Below are positions 19,427 through 28,677 of a DNA stretch of 64,000 nucleotides, in pieces. Made by a program: the position numbers and the translations under genes. This DNA is from Deltaproteobacteria bacterium (GTDB lineage Bacteria > Desulfobacterota > B13-G15 > RBG-16-54-18): the NCBI GenBank assembly GCA_019308925.1, contig JAFDHG010000007.1, positions 10,169 through 74,168 of the forward strand, in the 5' to 3' direction. The first letter of the stretch is position 1; every line of letters starts with the position of its first letter. The notes under the pieces are model-generated. The model ran no database searches, was not told where the DNA came from, and was given only the letters and a program-made list of their open reading frames with translations.

Positions 19427-19608
19427 TCTCCAAAAGGACTTTTAAAATTGCTTCTTCTTGAAGGTTAACCACTTGAATACGTTCAATTCCACCAACTAAA
19501 TGGGATAAGATCCTTAAGATTATATAGCTTTCGGAGCCTTCAAAGGGTCTTGACCTCTGAGGTATGCGGGCAAACCCCTAATTCAGGTCAGTGTTTCACG
19601 TGGAACAT

Positions 19609-20256
19609 TCACTTAGCGCCCCTTGGCCGGGGGATTATCTTTATACTTTTCATCTCCCCCTCCCCCTCACTTCTGGTCTCTACCTCGCTGTAATCTTTCA
19701 AGGCAAGATGCACTACCCTCCTGTCTCTTGGGTTCATGGGCTGCAAACTGACCGCCCTCCCCGCGCTTTTGACCTTCTCCCCCATGCGCAGCGCCAATCG
19801 TTCTAGGGCTTCATTTCTTCTCTCGCGGTACTGTTCTGTATCTACAACTACTATCTTCCTCTCCCCTAGGCCTTTAGCCACGATCCTCTCCACCATATAT
19901 TGGATGGCATCCAAGGTCTTGCCATGCCGCCCGATCAACAGGCCACTTCCGTCTCCCTTGATGTTTAAATAGATCCTCCCCCCTTCCACTCTTCCCTCTA
20001 CCTGGGCAGGTACGTTGATGCCCGCAATGATCCTTTCCAAGACCATCTTCGCATAGTTGAGGTCCTCATCCTCTGCCTCCTGGGGCCCTTTTGGTCTCGC
20101 CCTCACCTTCACCTTTTTATTCCCTATTAAACCGAATATCCCACGGGACTTCTCCTCGATGACCTCAAACTCCAGTTCTTCCCTCTTTTTTCCTAGTTCC
20201 TTGCATATCTCCTCGATGGCCTCCTCGGCGTTCCTGGCCTCTTTTTCTATCAACAT
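19609..20256 (-). CDS. jag: Jag/KhpB (EloR) RNA-binding protein with KH and R3H domains
   Basis: R3H-type C-terminus. Lies in the conserved position between yidC and mnmE. Confidence 0.8.
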   Translation of the reverse strand: MLIEKEARNAEEAIEEICKELGKKREELEFEVIEEKSRGIFGLIGNKKVKVRARPKGPQEAEDEDLNYAKMVLERIIAGINVPAQVEGRVEGGRIYLNIKGDGSGLLIGRHGKTLDAIQYMVERIVAKGLGERKIVVVDTEQYRERRNEALERLALRMGEKVKSAGRAVSLQPMNPRDRRVVHLALKDYSEVETRSEGEGEMKSIKIIPRPRGAK

Positions 20257-20268
20257 CTTGCCGCCTCC

Positions 20269-21933
20269 TTACTTCTTCCTGTTTATGTAAAATTGGTGTC
20301 CGATAGTAAGGACATTGGTCACCAGCCAATACAAGACCAGCCCAGAGGGAAAGTTTAGAAAGATAAAGGTAAAGAAGATGGGCATGAGGGACATCATCTT
20401 AGACTGGGCAGGGTCTGCGGTGGGTGCAGTAGTCATCTTTTGTTGTAAGTACATTGTTCCCCCCATGAGCAATGGTGCAATATAGGTAGGGTCTTTATCT
20501 GCCAGGTCTCTTATCCACCAGATAAAGGGGGAATGCCTGAGCTCTATAGAGTTCAGAAATGCCCGATAGAGGGCAAAAAATACCGGCAATTGCAGGAGCA
20601 TGGGGAAGCACCCGCTGAAGGGATTCACCTTGCGCCTTTTATACATTTCCATAATTTCCTTATTTAAACGCTGTTTATCGTTTTTATATTTCTGTTGTAA
20701 TTTCTTTATCTCTGGCTGCAACTTCTGCATCTCTTTCATCGACTCCTGGCTTTTGTGGGTAAGGGGGGTGAAGAGAATCTTAAGAAACAAGGCCAGAATG
20801 ATGATATCCAGACCATAGTTGCCCGTAAATTTGTTGGTGAAGCTGAGGATCTTCAGGATAGGAACTGCTATAATGCTAAACCAACCATAATCAACGGCCT
20901 TCTTCGCCGTAGGAGCTATCTGCGAGAGAAGGTGAGAAAGCTTTGGCCCCAGAAAGAGGGTGTAGGATACCATCCCCTTCTCCCCTGGCCTGATATCCAT
21001 GGGGGTGAGGAGGACATTGTGGATGACATCTTCAGGGACACGGCTTAATATCAGTCTTGTCCCCTTAATCGACGGATAGATCAGGGAGATGAAATAGTCT
21101 TCGTTATAGGCAAACCACTCCATCTCCTTGACGGCCTTTCCCTCTCCTTTTATCTTCTTCGGCTTGATCTTTTCCAAGCCACCATCAGTATAATAGATAG
21201 GGCCAAAGAACCCATAATATCCCTTCTTTTTTTCAACCTTACCTATCCATTCCAGCTCCAGCGTGTCTTTGACTAAACCCGGGTTGACAGAGTTGGAGAC
21301 CACTACTTCCATATCCAACCTGTAGCTACCGGCGTAAAATTTAAACCTCTTTTCGATCTGCTCCCCCGCAGGGGACCTCCAGTGCAAGGTGAGTACCCCT
21401 TCCTCTCCTTCGTGTCTCAATTTTATTCCTTTTGAGGAGGAAACAAAGGGTATCCCCTCGTCGTATCCAATCCCCCCCCTTCTAAACCTGATCCCCAGAG
21501 GTAACTCATCCAGGGCCGTGGTGTTCACGATATCTACCGGTTTAGCAGGGGTTTTCTCCACCTTTTTTCGTCCAAGGACCCCCCTCACCAAGTTCTGCAC
21601 GTACCTTCCCAGGGGGTGCATAGGGACCCGGTCCTTATATCCCTTCAGCTTCCAGCTCTTCAGCCGCCCCCCATAGGTAGTGAAGGTAGCTGTATACAGG
21701 GGAGTATCCACCACTACATCTTGACAGGAGACCTTCTTTAAGGGCAGCCTGGGCCTTGTGACAGCCTTGGCCACCTCTTCCTTAGGCTCGAACCTTCGCT
21801 CCTCCACTTGTTGCTCAACCTTGGCCCCCTCCTTACTGGGAACCTTTTTCTTCGTCTTCTGGTCAACCAATCCTTGATAGAGGAACAACACCAATATGGC
21901 AAGGATCATAGCAATGATCAACCGCTGGTTCAT
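20269..21933 (-). CDS. yidC: Membrane protein insertase YidC
   Basis: 554 aa: N-terminal transmembrane segment, a large periplasmic domain, and a C-terminal five-helix insertase core. Confidence 0.9.
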   Translation of the reverse strand: MNQRLIIAMILAILVLFLYQGLVDQKTKKKVPSKEGAKVEQQVEERRFEPKEEVAKAVTRPRLPLKKVSCQDVVVDTPLYTATFTTYGGRLKSWKLKGYKDRVPMHPLGRYVQNLVRGVLGRKKVEKTPAKPVDIVNTTALDELPLGIRFRRGGIGYDEGIPFVSSSKGIKLRHEGEEGVLTLHWRSPAGEQIEKRFKFYAGSYRLDMEVVVSNSVNPGLVKDTLELEWIGKVEKKKGYYGFFGPIYYTDGGLEKIKPKKIKGEGKAVKEMEWFAYNEDYFISLIYPSIKGTRLILSRVPEDVIHNVLLTPMDIRPGEKGMVSYTLFLGPKLSHLLSQIAPTAKKAVDYGWFSIIAVPILKILSFTNKFTGNYGLDIIILALFLKILFTPLTHKSQESMKEMQKLQPEIKKLQQKYKNDKQRLNKEIMEMYKRRKVNPFSGCFPMLLQLPVFFALYRAFLNSIELRHSPFIWWIRDLADKDPTYIAPLLMGGTMYLQQKMTTAPTADPAQSKMMSLMPIFFTFIFLNFPSGLVLYWLVTNVLTIGHQFYINRKK

Positions 21934-21969
21934 TATGCCAACCTCCTAGAATATCATCGACACCAAGGG

Positions 21970-22272
21970 CTATTTTACGGGATCATAACCGCCAGGGTGT
22001 AAGGGGTGACATTTGAGAATCCTCTTGGCGGAAAGAAGGATGCCACGCCACAATCCATAAACCCTGATAGCCTCAATGGCATAACTGGAACAAGATGGAT
22101 AGAAACGGCAAGAGGGGCCAAGTAGGGGGGATATGAAAATCTTATATGCCTTGATGATCCCTATGGCCAAATCCCTCCAGATATGCCTCCTAAAGGAAAC
22201 CTTCTCCACTCCTTCGGCCATCCTCCTTTCGCAGCTCCAAAAGGGAGCGTAATTCCTCCACCACCTGGTCAT
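21970..22272 (-). CDS. yidD: Membrane protein insertion efficiency factor YidD. The real start is likely the internal Met near 22221.
   Basis: Conserved [23 protein letters not shown]...[12 protein letters not shown]. Confidence 0.8.
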   Translation of the reverse strand: MTRWWRNYAPFWSCERRMAEGVEKVSFRRHIWRDLAIGIIKAYKIFISPLLGPSCRFYPSCSSYAIEAIRVYGLWRGILLSAKRILKCHPLHPGGYDPVK

Positions 22273-22576
22273 ACTTTAAATCCTGAGCCCCCTTTTTCCC
22301 CACGATTACATAGTCAGTGGAAGGGGGTAACATATCCTTATTCCTCCGGAAGAATTCCCTTATCAACCTCTTCACCCTGTTTCTCTCCACGGCCGTGCCC
22401 ATCTTTTTGCTTGCCACTGCCCCAACTCTGGAAAATCCCCAATCGTTTCCCCTCGCGATGATCAGAAAATTTTTTGTATTCCTCCTGTTGCCCTCTTTAG
22501 CAATACGTTGGAAATCTCTTTTCTTTCTCAATCTTTCTTCTTTGCGCAGACCCTCGCCTTTGCCTTGTTGGGGCAT
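22190..22576 (-). CDS. rnpA: RNase P protein component
   Basis: Basic 128-aa protein with an RnpA-type RNR motif region ([12 protein letters not shown]). It follows rpmH. Confidence 0.85.
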   Translation of the reverse strand: MPQQGKGEGLRKEERLRKKRDFQRIAKEGNRRNTKNFLIIARGNDWGFSRVGAVASKKMGTAVERNRVKRLIREFFRRNKDMLPPSTDYVIVGKKGAQDLKYDQVVEELRSLLELRKEDGRRSGEGFL

Positions 22577-22578
22577 TT

Positions 22579-22713
22579 TTATACTGTCAACCTCTTCCTC
22601 CCCTTAGCCCTTCTGCGTTTCAATATCCTTCTTCCCCCTTTTGTGCTCATCCTCTGCAAAAATCCGTGTGTCCTCTTTCTGCTGATATTACTGGGTTGAT
22701 AAGTCCTTTTCAT
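22579..22713 (-). CDS. rpmH: 50S ribosomal protein L34 (44 aa); not in the ORF track
   Basis: Manual translation gives [44 protein letters not shown]. The stop abuts the rnpA start. Confidence 0.85.
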   Translation of the reverse strand: MKRTYQPSNISRKRTHGFLQRMSTKGGRRILKRRRAKGRKRLTV

Positions 22714-22872
22714 TTAACCCGCTCCCTTCACCGATTATAAAAATAGATCTCTGAATTATAATATTTAATCATAGCATATACTTTCTTGTCAAGCATTGCC
22801 TGCAGTCCCATTCAGGCGATTTTCGATAATGCCGAGAAGGTAAGCTTAGGTCATTAAAAATAAATTTATATA

Positions 22873-22904
22873 TTGACAAATGTGGATATGCTAATTAATA
22901 TAAT
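22873..22904 (+). promoter_or_regulatory. Sigma70-like promoter of the ArsR-family gene (TTGACA-17-TAATAT/TATAAT)
   Basis: The track ORF start at 22873 is the TTG of TTGACA. The real ATG is at 22909. Confidence 0.4.
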
Positions 22905-22908
22905 TTCC

Positions 22909-23289
22909 ATGCATCAACTACAGGAGATATTCAAGGCCCTCTCCGATGAGACGAGGTTCAGGATCTTGAAGCTCCTCGGCGAAAGGGAGGTCTGTGTCTG
23001 CGAGATGATGCAAGTCCTGGAGATGCCCCAGTCCACTATCTCCCGACACATGAACATCCTCAAGCGGGCAGGACTTGTAATGGGGAGGAGAGAGGGGAAA
23101 TGGGTGCATTATAGCCTTCAGCCTGCTGCCTTTAACCCTTATGCTGGATCTGTACTCGAGCTGATAAAGGGGCTCTTGGAGGACAATGATACGGTAAGAA
23201 AAGACAAAGAAGCATTGAAAAAGGCAGTAAGGGTGTGCTCGGTTCCCCGAATTTCCTCACCGTCCCAAAACTCTTCAGGCCTTAGATAA
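22909..23289 (+). CDS. ArsR/SmtB-family metalloregulator
   Basis: HTH_20 region (DETRFRILKLL...CVCEMMQVLEMPQSTISRHMNILK) with a CVC metal-binding motif. Confidence 0.8.
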   Translation: MHQLQEIFKALSDETRFRILKLLGEREVCVCEMMQVLEMPQSTISRHMNILKRAGLVMGRREGKWVHYSLQPAAFNPYAGSVLELIKGLLEDNDTVRKDKEALKKAVRVCSVPRISSPSQNSSGLR

Positions 23290-23303
23290 GGAGGTAAGGA
23301 AAG

Positions 23304-23787
23304 ATGGGGTTTAACCATGTATTGGCCTTGCTGGTAACCGGCTTAGGCGTAGGTTTTGCCAGTGGCCTTCTGGGAATCGGCGGTTGTTTCATCATGATAC
23401 CGGTCCAGTACTGGATCTATGTATCCATGGGTGTAGAGCCGGGTACCGCCATCAAGGTGGCCTTTGGTACCAACCTCTTTGTGGTGCTGCCCACGGCAAT
23501 GAGCGGCTCCATGGGCCATCATAGAAAGGGGGCGGTGTGGTGGAAGGCGGCCTTTGTGCTGGGCATCTGCGGACTCATCGGCGCCATCATCGGCGCCACC
23601 ATACCAGCATCGGTGGTTTAATCGGTTACATTACAAACGGTTGGGGGGTGCCGGGTATCCCCTCACCCAATCCAGGACGGCCCATTTGCTTCCCGCCAAG
23701 CAACTCAAACTCATCTTCATCATCGTCATGTTCTACATGGGGCTGAAGATGATCGGGGTCTTCCAGTGGCTCCACTTGCCGATATAA
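23304..23787 (+). pseudogene. TauE/SafE (TSUP, DUF81) family transporter gene disrupted by at least one frameshift
   Basis: The N-terminal part (GxxSGLLGIGG) is in frame 0 and ends at 23621. The C-terminal part (LLPAKQLKLIFIIVMFYMGLKMI) is in another frame. A G6 run lies at 23641-23646. Confidence 0.55.
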
Positions 23788-23910
23788 CGGAATTATGAAG
23801 GGCCTTCAAGAAATTACCCGAGGGAGCAAATTTCATGATTTCCCACCCAACTCCTCCTTGACAAAAATATATAACCACTGTTTAATAAGGGCTCAAAAAG
23901 GGAATGGAAT

Positions 23911-24126
23911 ATGAGGGAGATATTCAAACATAACTCAGGCCGGATCTTTCTCACTATCCTGTTGCTATCAATAATAGCTATGCTCTGGGTCCCCAGGTAT
24001 TTCTTTGAGCCCCATATCTTCTTCGGCTGGTTGCCCCCACCCTTTCTCGCTGGTATTATCTTCGTCCTCGTTTGGCTCGTTGCCTATCTCATCTATTTCT
24101 TTAGATACTGGCCCTTCAGAGATTAA
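23911..24126 (+). CDS. Small two-transmembrane protein preceding the symporter (DUF4212-like, SSS-associated)
   Basis: 71 aa with two hydrophobic helices. Sits in the typical position upstream of an SSS transporter gene. Confidence 0.6.
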   Translation: MREIFKHNSGRIFLTILLLSIIAMLWVPRYFFEPHIFFGWLPPPFLAGIIFVLVWLVAYLIYFFRYWPFRD

Positions 24127-24137
24127 AAGGAGGCGCC

Positions 24138-25637
24138 ATGTCCATAGTTATCTTGGGTCTGTTCGGGATCGCGGTCCTCTGGATGGCTGTCTACGGCTAC
24201 AGGATCTCCGCCAAGACCGCGGAAGACTACATGCTGGCCGGCAGGGGGATCGGGATCATAGTGATGTTCTTCCTCACCCTCTTTGGCATATCAAGCGCCT
24301 GGACCTTCTACGGATATCCCGGATTTTTATATCGCCATGGCCCCTCCTTTGTCTACTTTGTGTGGGGGTGTGTGGTGGGGTTTGTATCGCTCTATATGTT
24401 TTTGGGGCCCAGGTTGTGGGCGGTGGCCAAGCTCAACCACTTCCTCTCCCCTGTAGAGATCCTTTCCAAAAGATATGAATCAAATACCCTGCGCTTCGTC
24501 CTGGCCCTTGTCCTGCTCGCCTCCATCATCCCCTATATCGGTCTGGAGTCCTTGGGTGTGGGATTGGGGTTTAAGGCCTTTGCAGGATTTCATCCGGCAA
24601 TAGGGATCATCTATACGACAATCCTCTTGATCTTCATCATCCTCTTGGGGGGGATGAGGATGACCGCCTGGACCAATATCCTTCTCGGCATCATCTATAC
24701 TACTACCTTTTTGGGTTCCCTCTTATGGATAATACATATAGTTTTCCCCCACGGCCTTCCTCAAGCCGTCCAGATCCTCGCCGCCAAGGGGCCAAAACTC
24801 CTCTACGCCCCAGGACCAAAGGTGGTGGGTGAACCCCTCTTTACCCATCCGGTTATCGTGGGCGTATTCATCACTGGATTTATGGCCTTTTCCTGGCCCC
24901 ATATCGTAATGGGAGCCTTAACCGTGAGGGACAAGTCCATTTTTAAATGGCTTCCCCTATTGGGTATAGCGGCTGGAGGGATAGGCTTTTACACCATCCC
25001 CTTCCTTTGGGGTTCTCTCGTGGCCCCTGCCATAAGCCACATGGATGGGACCCTGGTCCCTGTGGCTAGTGGCAAGGCGGCGGACAATATTGTTCAGGTG
25101 ATCATCACCAAATATCTCCCCGGCTGGTTCTCAGCCTTTGCCCTCATGGGGGTCGTCGCTGCTGCCCTCTCTACCGCCGCTATACAGCTAATGACATCGG
25201 CTATCCTGGTCTCCAGGGATCTGATCCACGGATTCTTTAAGCCCGATGCCACTGATAAACAACTCATCACCTGGACAAAGTTCGCGGTCATAGGTCTGAT
25301 CATCTTATCCTTGGGGATAGCCGTCTGGAACCCCATGGCCCTGGCCCTCTATCTCACGCACGTGGCCGTGCCCGGGTTTGCCCAGTGGGCACCGTGCCTT
25401 GCGGGTGGGATCCTCTGGAAAAGGGGTACAAAACAGGGGGCTATCGCAGGGGTCCTTGCAGGAACGGCCCTTTTGATTGTAGGGTTTATCTGCCATTTCA
25501 CGGATGCCATAATCCTCTCCTTTATTATCAACACCCTCATCTACATAGTAGTCAGCCTCTTGACCCCTAAACCCTCGGACCAAGTCGAGAGGATATTCTT
25601 CGATGAGGTGGAGGAATTCTTAAAGGAAAAGGCCTGA
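24138..25637 (+). CDS. Sodium:solute symporter family transporter
   Basis: 499 aa with about 13 transmembrane segments and an SSF-type N-terminal region (EDYMLAGRGIG). Confidence 0.85.
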   Translation: MSIVILGLFGIAVLWMAVYGYRISAKTAEDYMLAGRGIGIIVMFFLTLFGISSAWTFYGYPGFLYRHGPSFVYFVWGCVVGFVSLYMFLGPRLWAVAKLNHFLSPVEILSKRYESNTLRFVLALVLLASIIPYIGLESLGVGLGFKAFAGFHPAIGIIYTTILLIFIILLGGMRMTAWTNILLGIIYTTTFLGSLLWIIHIVFPHGLPQAVQILAAKGPKLLYAPGPKVVGEPLFTHPVIVGVFITGFMAFSWPHIVMGALTVRDKSIFKWLPLLGIAAGGIGFYTIPFLWGSLVAPAISHMDGTLVPVASGKAADNIVQVIITKYLPGWFSAFALMGVVAAALSTAAIQLMTSAILVSRDLIHGFFKPDATDKQLITWTKFAVIGLIILSLGIAVWNPMALALYLTHVAVPGFAQWAPCLAGGILWKRGTKQGAIAGVLAGTALLIVGFICHFTDAIILSFIINTLIYIVVSLLTPKPSDQVERIFFDEVEEFLKEKA

Positions 25638-27031
25638 TGGAATGGAGGCTGATCAATAATAGCGAGGGAGAGGTAGCAGACCTGCTGGCCCTGCCAGCGG
25701 CCGTGGCTGAGGCCAGAATAGCGGGGCGCTATATCCTCACCTCAAAACCCATACCGGAGACGATAATCATTCAACGGGTTAAGAAAAAAGGAATTTTAGC
25801 TGGTGCGGAGGTGGTGGTAGACAGGGAGGAAGCAGAAAGCGAGGAAATAGAGATCGCCGTGCAGCCCAGAGGAGGGCGTGGGGGTATGCGCCCGGCAGAG
25901 ACGATCTCTCTTCAGGAGCTGATGCTTAAGGCAAAGGACAAGTTCACCCCAGTGGATAACCCACCTGATGAGACCGCAGCCCTCATCTATACCTCTGGCA
26001 CTACGGGAAATCCCAAGGGGGTAATGCTCACCCACGGCAACTTCCTGGCCGAGTGCGAGGCGACCTCAGAGATCATAACCACCACTGAGGGGGATAGATT
26101 CGCCACCTTGGTCCCCTTTTTCCATATCTATGGTCTGGCCATAGGTCTGGTGGTCTCCCTCTTTCGAGGGTGCGGCTCGGTCTTATTCCCCCAATACTCC
26201 CCACGCCAGTTCCTGAAGCGGATGGGTAAGGAAAAGGTCTCCATCCTCATCGCCATCCCCACTCAATACCATCACCTCTTGCTTGCCGCCAAGAAGAGGT
26301 CCTTCGCCCAGCCCTCTCTAAAATACTGCATATCTGGGGCTGCTCCCTTGCCCGTAAATGTTATCCAGGCCTTCAAGGAGGCCTTCGGGGTCGATATCAC
26401 CGAGGGGTATGGTCTTACCGAGACCACGGCCGCCGTGGCAGTAAACCCTCGGGAAAAGACAAAACCAGGATCTGTGGGTATATCAGTTAAGGGCGTGCAG
26501 ATAAAGATAGGGGATGACCAGGGGAATGCGTTGTCTCCTCACAAGGCAGGGGAGGTCCTCGTAAAGGGCAAGGTGGTGATGAATGGGTATTATAACCTCC
26601 CGGAGGAGACCCAAGAGGTCTTGAGAGATGGGTGGTTGTGCACAGGCGATATAGGATATCAAGACGAGGAGGGATACCTCTATATCACCGAGAGAAAGAA
26701 GGATATCATCATAAAAGCAGGATTCAACATCTCCCCGGCGGAGATAGAGGAGCTCTTGTGCTCCCATCCTAAGGTGAAGGAGGCAGCCGTAGTGGGCCAG
26801 AAGGAAAAGGAGGGGAGGGAGGAGGCCATAAAGGGCTTTATAGTCCCTGTTGAGGGGGAGGAGATAACCCCTGCGGAGATCATCGGATACTGCAGGATGA
26901 AACTGGCCCCCTATAAGGTGCCTGATGAGATAGAGTTTACGGAAGGCCTGCCTAAGAGTGCCACCGGCAAGGTAGTGAGAAGGGAGCTGCGGCAGGGATA
27001 TAAAGACATGAGGGTCATAGAGAGGGGATGA
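25637..27031 (+). CDS. AMP-dependent synthetase/ligase (acyl-CoA ligase) lacking the canonical first ~100 residues
   Basis: Motifs YTSGTTGNPKG, TEGYGLTET, GDIGYQDEEGYLYITER and PKSATGKVVRREL are present. TSGTTG sits at residue 119 instead of about 160-190. Confidence 0.8.
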   Translation: MEWRLINNSEGEVADLLALPAAVAEARIAGRYILTSKPIPETIIIQRVKKKGILAGAEVVVDREEAESEEIEIAVQPRGGRGGMRPAETISLQELMLKAKDKFTPVDNPPDETAALIYTSGTTGNPKGVMLTHGNFLAECEATSEIITTTEGDRFATLVPFFHIYGLAIGLVVSLFRGCGSVLFPQYSPRQFLKRMGKEKVSILIAIPTQYHHLLLAAKKRSFAQPSLKYCISGAAPLPVNVIQAFKEAFGVDITEGYGLTETTAAVAVNPREKTKPGSVGISVKGVQIKIGDDQGNALSPHKAGEVLVKGKVVMNGYYNLPEETQEVLRDGWLCTGDIGYQDEEGYLYITERKKDIIIKAGFNISPAEIEELLCSHPKVKEAAVVGQKEKEGREEAIKGFIVPVEGEEITPAEIIGYCRMKLAPYKVPDEIEFTEGLPKSATGKVVRRELRQGYKDMRVIERG

Positions 27032-27915
27032 ATTTAGGAAGACTTCTAGAGGAAAGGGCCAAGGAGTATCCCAAAAAGGCCGCCCTCCTCTATGAGGGAA
27101 AGGCCATAAGCTTTGAGGAGCTCAACAAGAACGTAAATCGGCTTGCAAATGGCCTGAAGGGTCTCGGTATAGAGGGAGGGGACAGGGTGGCCCTCATGCT
27201 CCCCAATACACCGGAGTTTGTCTATTCTTTCTTTGCATGCCAGAAGCTGGGCGCAATAGCGGTCCCCTTTAATACAATGCACAAAGGTGGTGAGATACTT
27301 TACATTCTTAAAGATTGCGCGGCCAAGGCTATCATCACCCTTAACAGCGCAGTCCCCCTTATCAATGAGATCCGACCAGAACTTCCCCATTTGCAATACA
27401 TCATCACTACCGGGGAGCGCAACCTGACCTTTGCCGATCCTGAATCCACGCTCTTCCTCCAGGGGGTGTTATCCAAGGGTATCTTCAAGGACCTAGATGA
27501 TGCCTATAGGAAGATAGGGGATGCCTTAGTACAGGGGTTGTGGGAGTTGGGATTGAAAGAGATATGGTATAAGCACAGGGGAAGCCTGCGGATAGGGGGA
27601 AGGAAGCTGGCGGGTTTTTATTTCTCCGAAATCGAAGGCTTATATATCTTAAATATCATCTGTTTCCTTGCCCCTTTTGACCCCTCGGACTTCTTTTCCG
27701 TCATCTGGGTTCCACCAGAGGTAAAGGACAAGGTCTTAGAGCCCTTGACCTCGATCCAGGAGGAGTTGGGGAGGCGGCCCACCGACGAGGAATTTCGAGA
27801 GGCAATCTTGGGCGCCCTGGAGAAGGGGTTTGGAATTAAATTAAAAGAGGGTACCTTCACAAGGGATGAACGATTTGGTTACGAAAAACATAAGGCTGTG
27901 GCCAAGAAAAAATAA
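27028..27915 (+). CDS. Mosaic protein: an ANL (acyl-CoA ligase) N-terminal subdomain (~140 aa) fused to a fragment resembling the C-terminus of lipoate-protein ligase (LplA)
   Basis: The N-terminus is the typical ligase start (KKAALLYEGKAISFEELNKNVNRLANGL...GDRVALMLPNTPEF...). The C-terminus is LplA-like (RIGGRKLAG...EEFREAILGALEKGFGIKLKEGTFTRDE). Confidence 0.6.
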   Translation: MNLGRLLEERAKEYPKKAALLYEGKAISFEELNKNVNRLANGLKGLGIEGGDRVALMLPNTPEFVYSFFACQKLGAIAVPFNTMHKGGEILYILKDCAAKAIITLNSAVPLINEIRPELPHLQYIITTGERNLTFADPESTLFLQGVLSKGIFKDLDDAYRKIGDALVQGLWELGLKEIWYKHRGSLRIGGRKLAGFYFSEIEGLYILNIICFLAPFDPSDFFSVIWVPPEVKDKVLEPLTSIQEELGRRPTDEEFREAILGALEKGFGIKLKEGTFTRDERFGYEKHKAVAKKK

Positions 27916-28063
27916 ACCCCTCTCCTATCATGGACTTGGCCAAACACCCCAGGCCGACGGAATTCCGTAAGATCAGCGGTCCATATCTTTAGAGGATAGA
28001 GGCTTTCCCTTTTTCACTTAAGAGCCGCAACACCTTTCCTTTTCATCTATTGCAAATTTCACA

Positions 28064-28092
28064 TTGACGTGGTGCATCACTTGTGTTACACT
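28064..28092 (+). promoter_or_regulatory. Candidate promoter of the toxin-antitoxin pair (TTGACG-17-TACACT)
   Basis: It lies upstream of the GGAGG RBS and the ATG at 28121. Confidence 0.35.
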
Positions 28093-28120
28093 TAGAAAAC
28101 TACTGAAGGAGGAAAACAAT

Positions 28121-28348
28121 ATGCCTTCAAAAAATCCTCGTATCAATGTGGTACTTGACGAGCATATCTACCAAGACGTTAGATTTCTAGCTGAAAAGGA
28201 TGGCGTATCCCTATCTACAGAGGTGAGAAACCTCCTAAAAGAGGCCCTTGAGCTACAGGAAGACCTTTACCTGGCCGCTTTTGCTGAAGAAAGAGAGGAA
28301 TCATGGGATGAATCTGCGGCCCTTACACATGAAGAGGTCTGGTCTTAG
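28121..28348 (+). CDS. Type II antitoxin (ribbon-helix-helix/RelB-ParD-like), 75 aa
   Basis: Small acidic protein upstream of the RelE/ParE toxin. The start at 28121 has a GGAGG RBS. The track start at 28064 is inside the promoter. Confidence 0.7.
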   Translation: MPSKNPRINVVLDEHIYQDVRFLAEKDGVSLSTEVRNLLKEALELQEDLYLAAFAEEREESWDESAALTHEEVWS

Positions 28349-28371
28349 AGCTCTACTTCTGAAAAAAGGCG

Positions 28372-28653
28372 ATGGCTTTCAGAACTCTTTACCATCGTGA
28401 TGTTAAAAAAGTCGATCTACCAAAGATCGACAAGAAGAACAGGGCTATGATAAAAAGAGCTATTGAAGAACGCCTCGCAACTAGACCAGAGCTTTATGGT
28501 AAACCATTACGAAAAACACTTAAAGGGTACTGGAAATTGAGGGTAGGAGAATATCGAATTGTTTATAAAATATCCGCTGATGATATTCTTATTCTGGGTA
28601 TTATTAATCGAAAAGATGTTTATCAGCGAATTAAAAAGAGAACGAGCGGTTAG
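28372..28653 (+). CDS. Type II toxin of the RelE/ParE family
   Basis: 93 aa with a typical RelE/StbE pattern (...KGYWKLRVGEYRIVYKI...ILILGIINRKDVY). Confidence 0.8.
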   Translation: MAFRTLYHRDVKKVDLPKIDKKNRAMIKRAIEERLATRPELYGKPLRKTLKGYWKLRVGEYRIVYKISADDILILGIINRKDVYQRIKKRTSG

Positions 28654-28677
28654 CTTTTGACTCATATATTACGTTTA

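Noticed and set aside
22873-22908. TTG start of the ArsR ORF at 22873 as given by the track
   Set aside because: Those bases form a TTGACA -35 hexamer with a TAATAT/TATAAT -10 downstream. The real ATG is at 22909.
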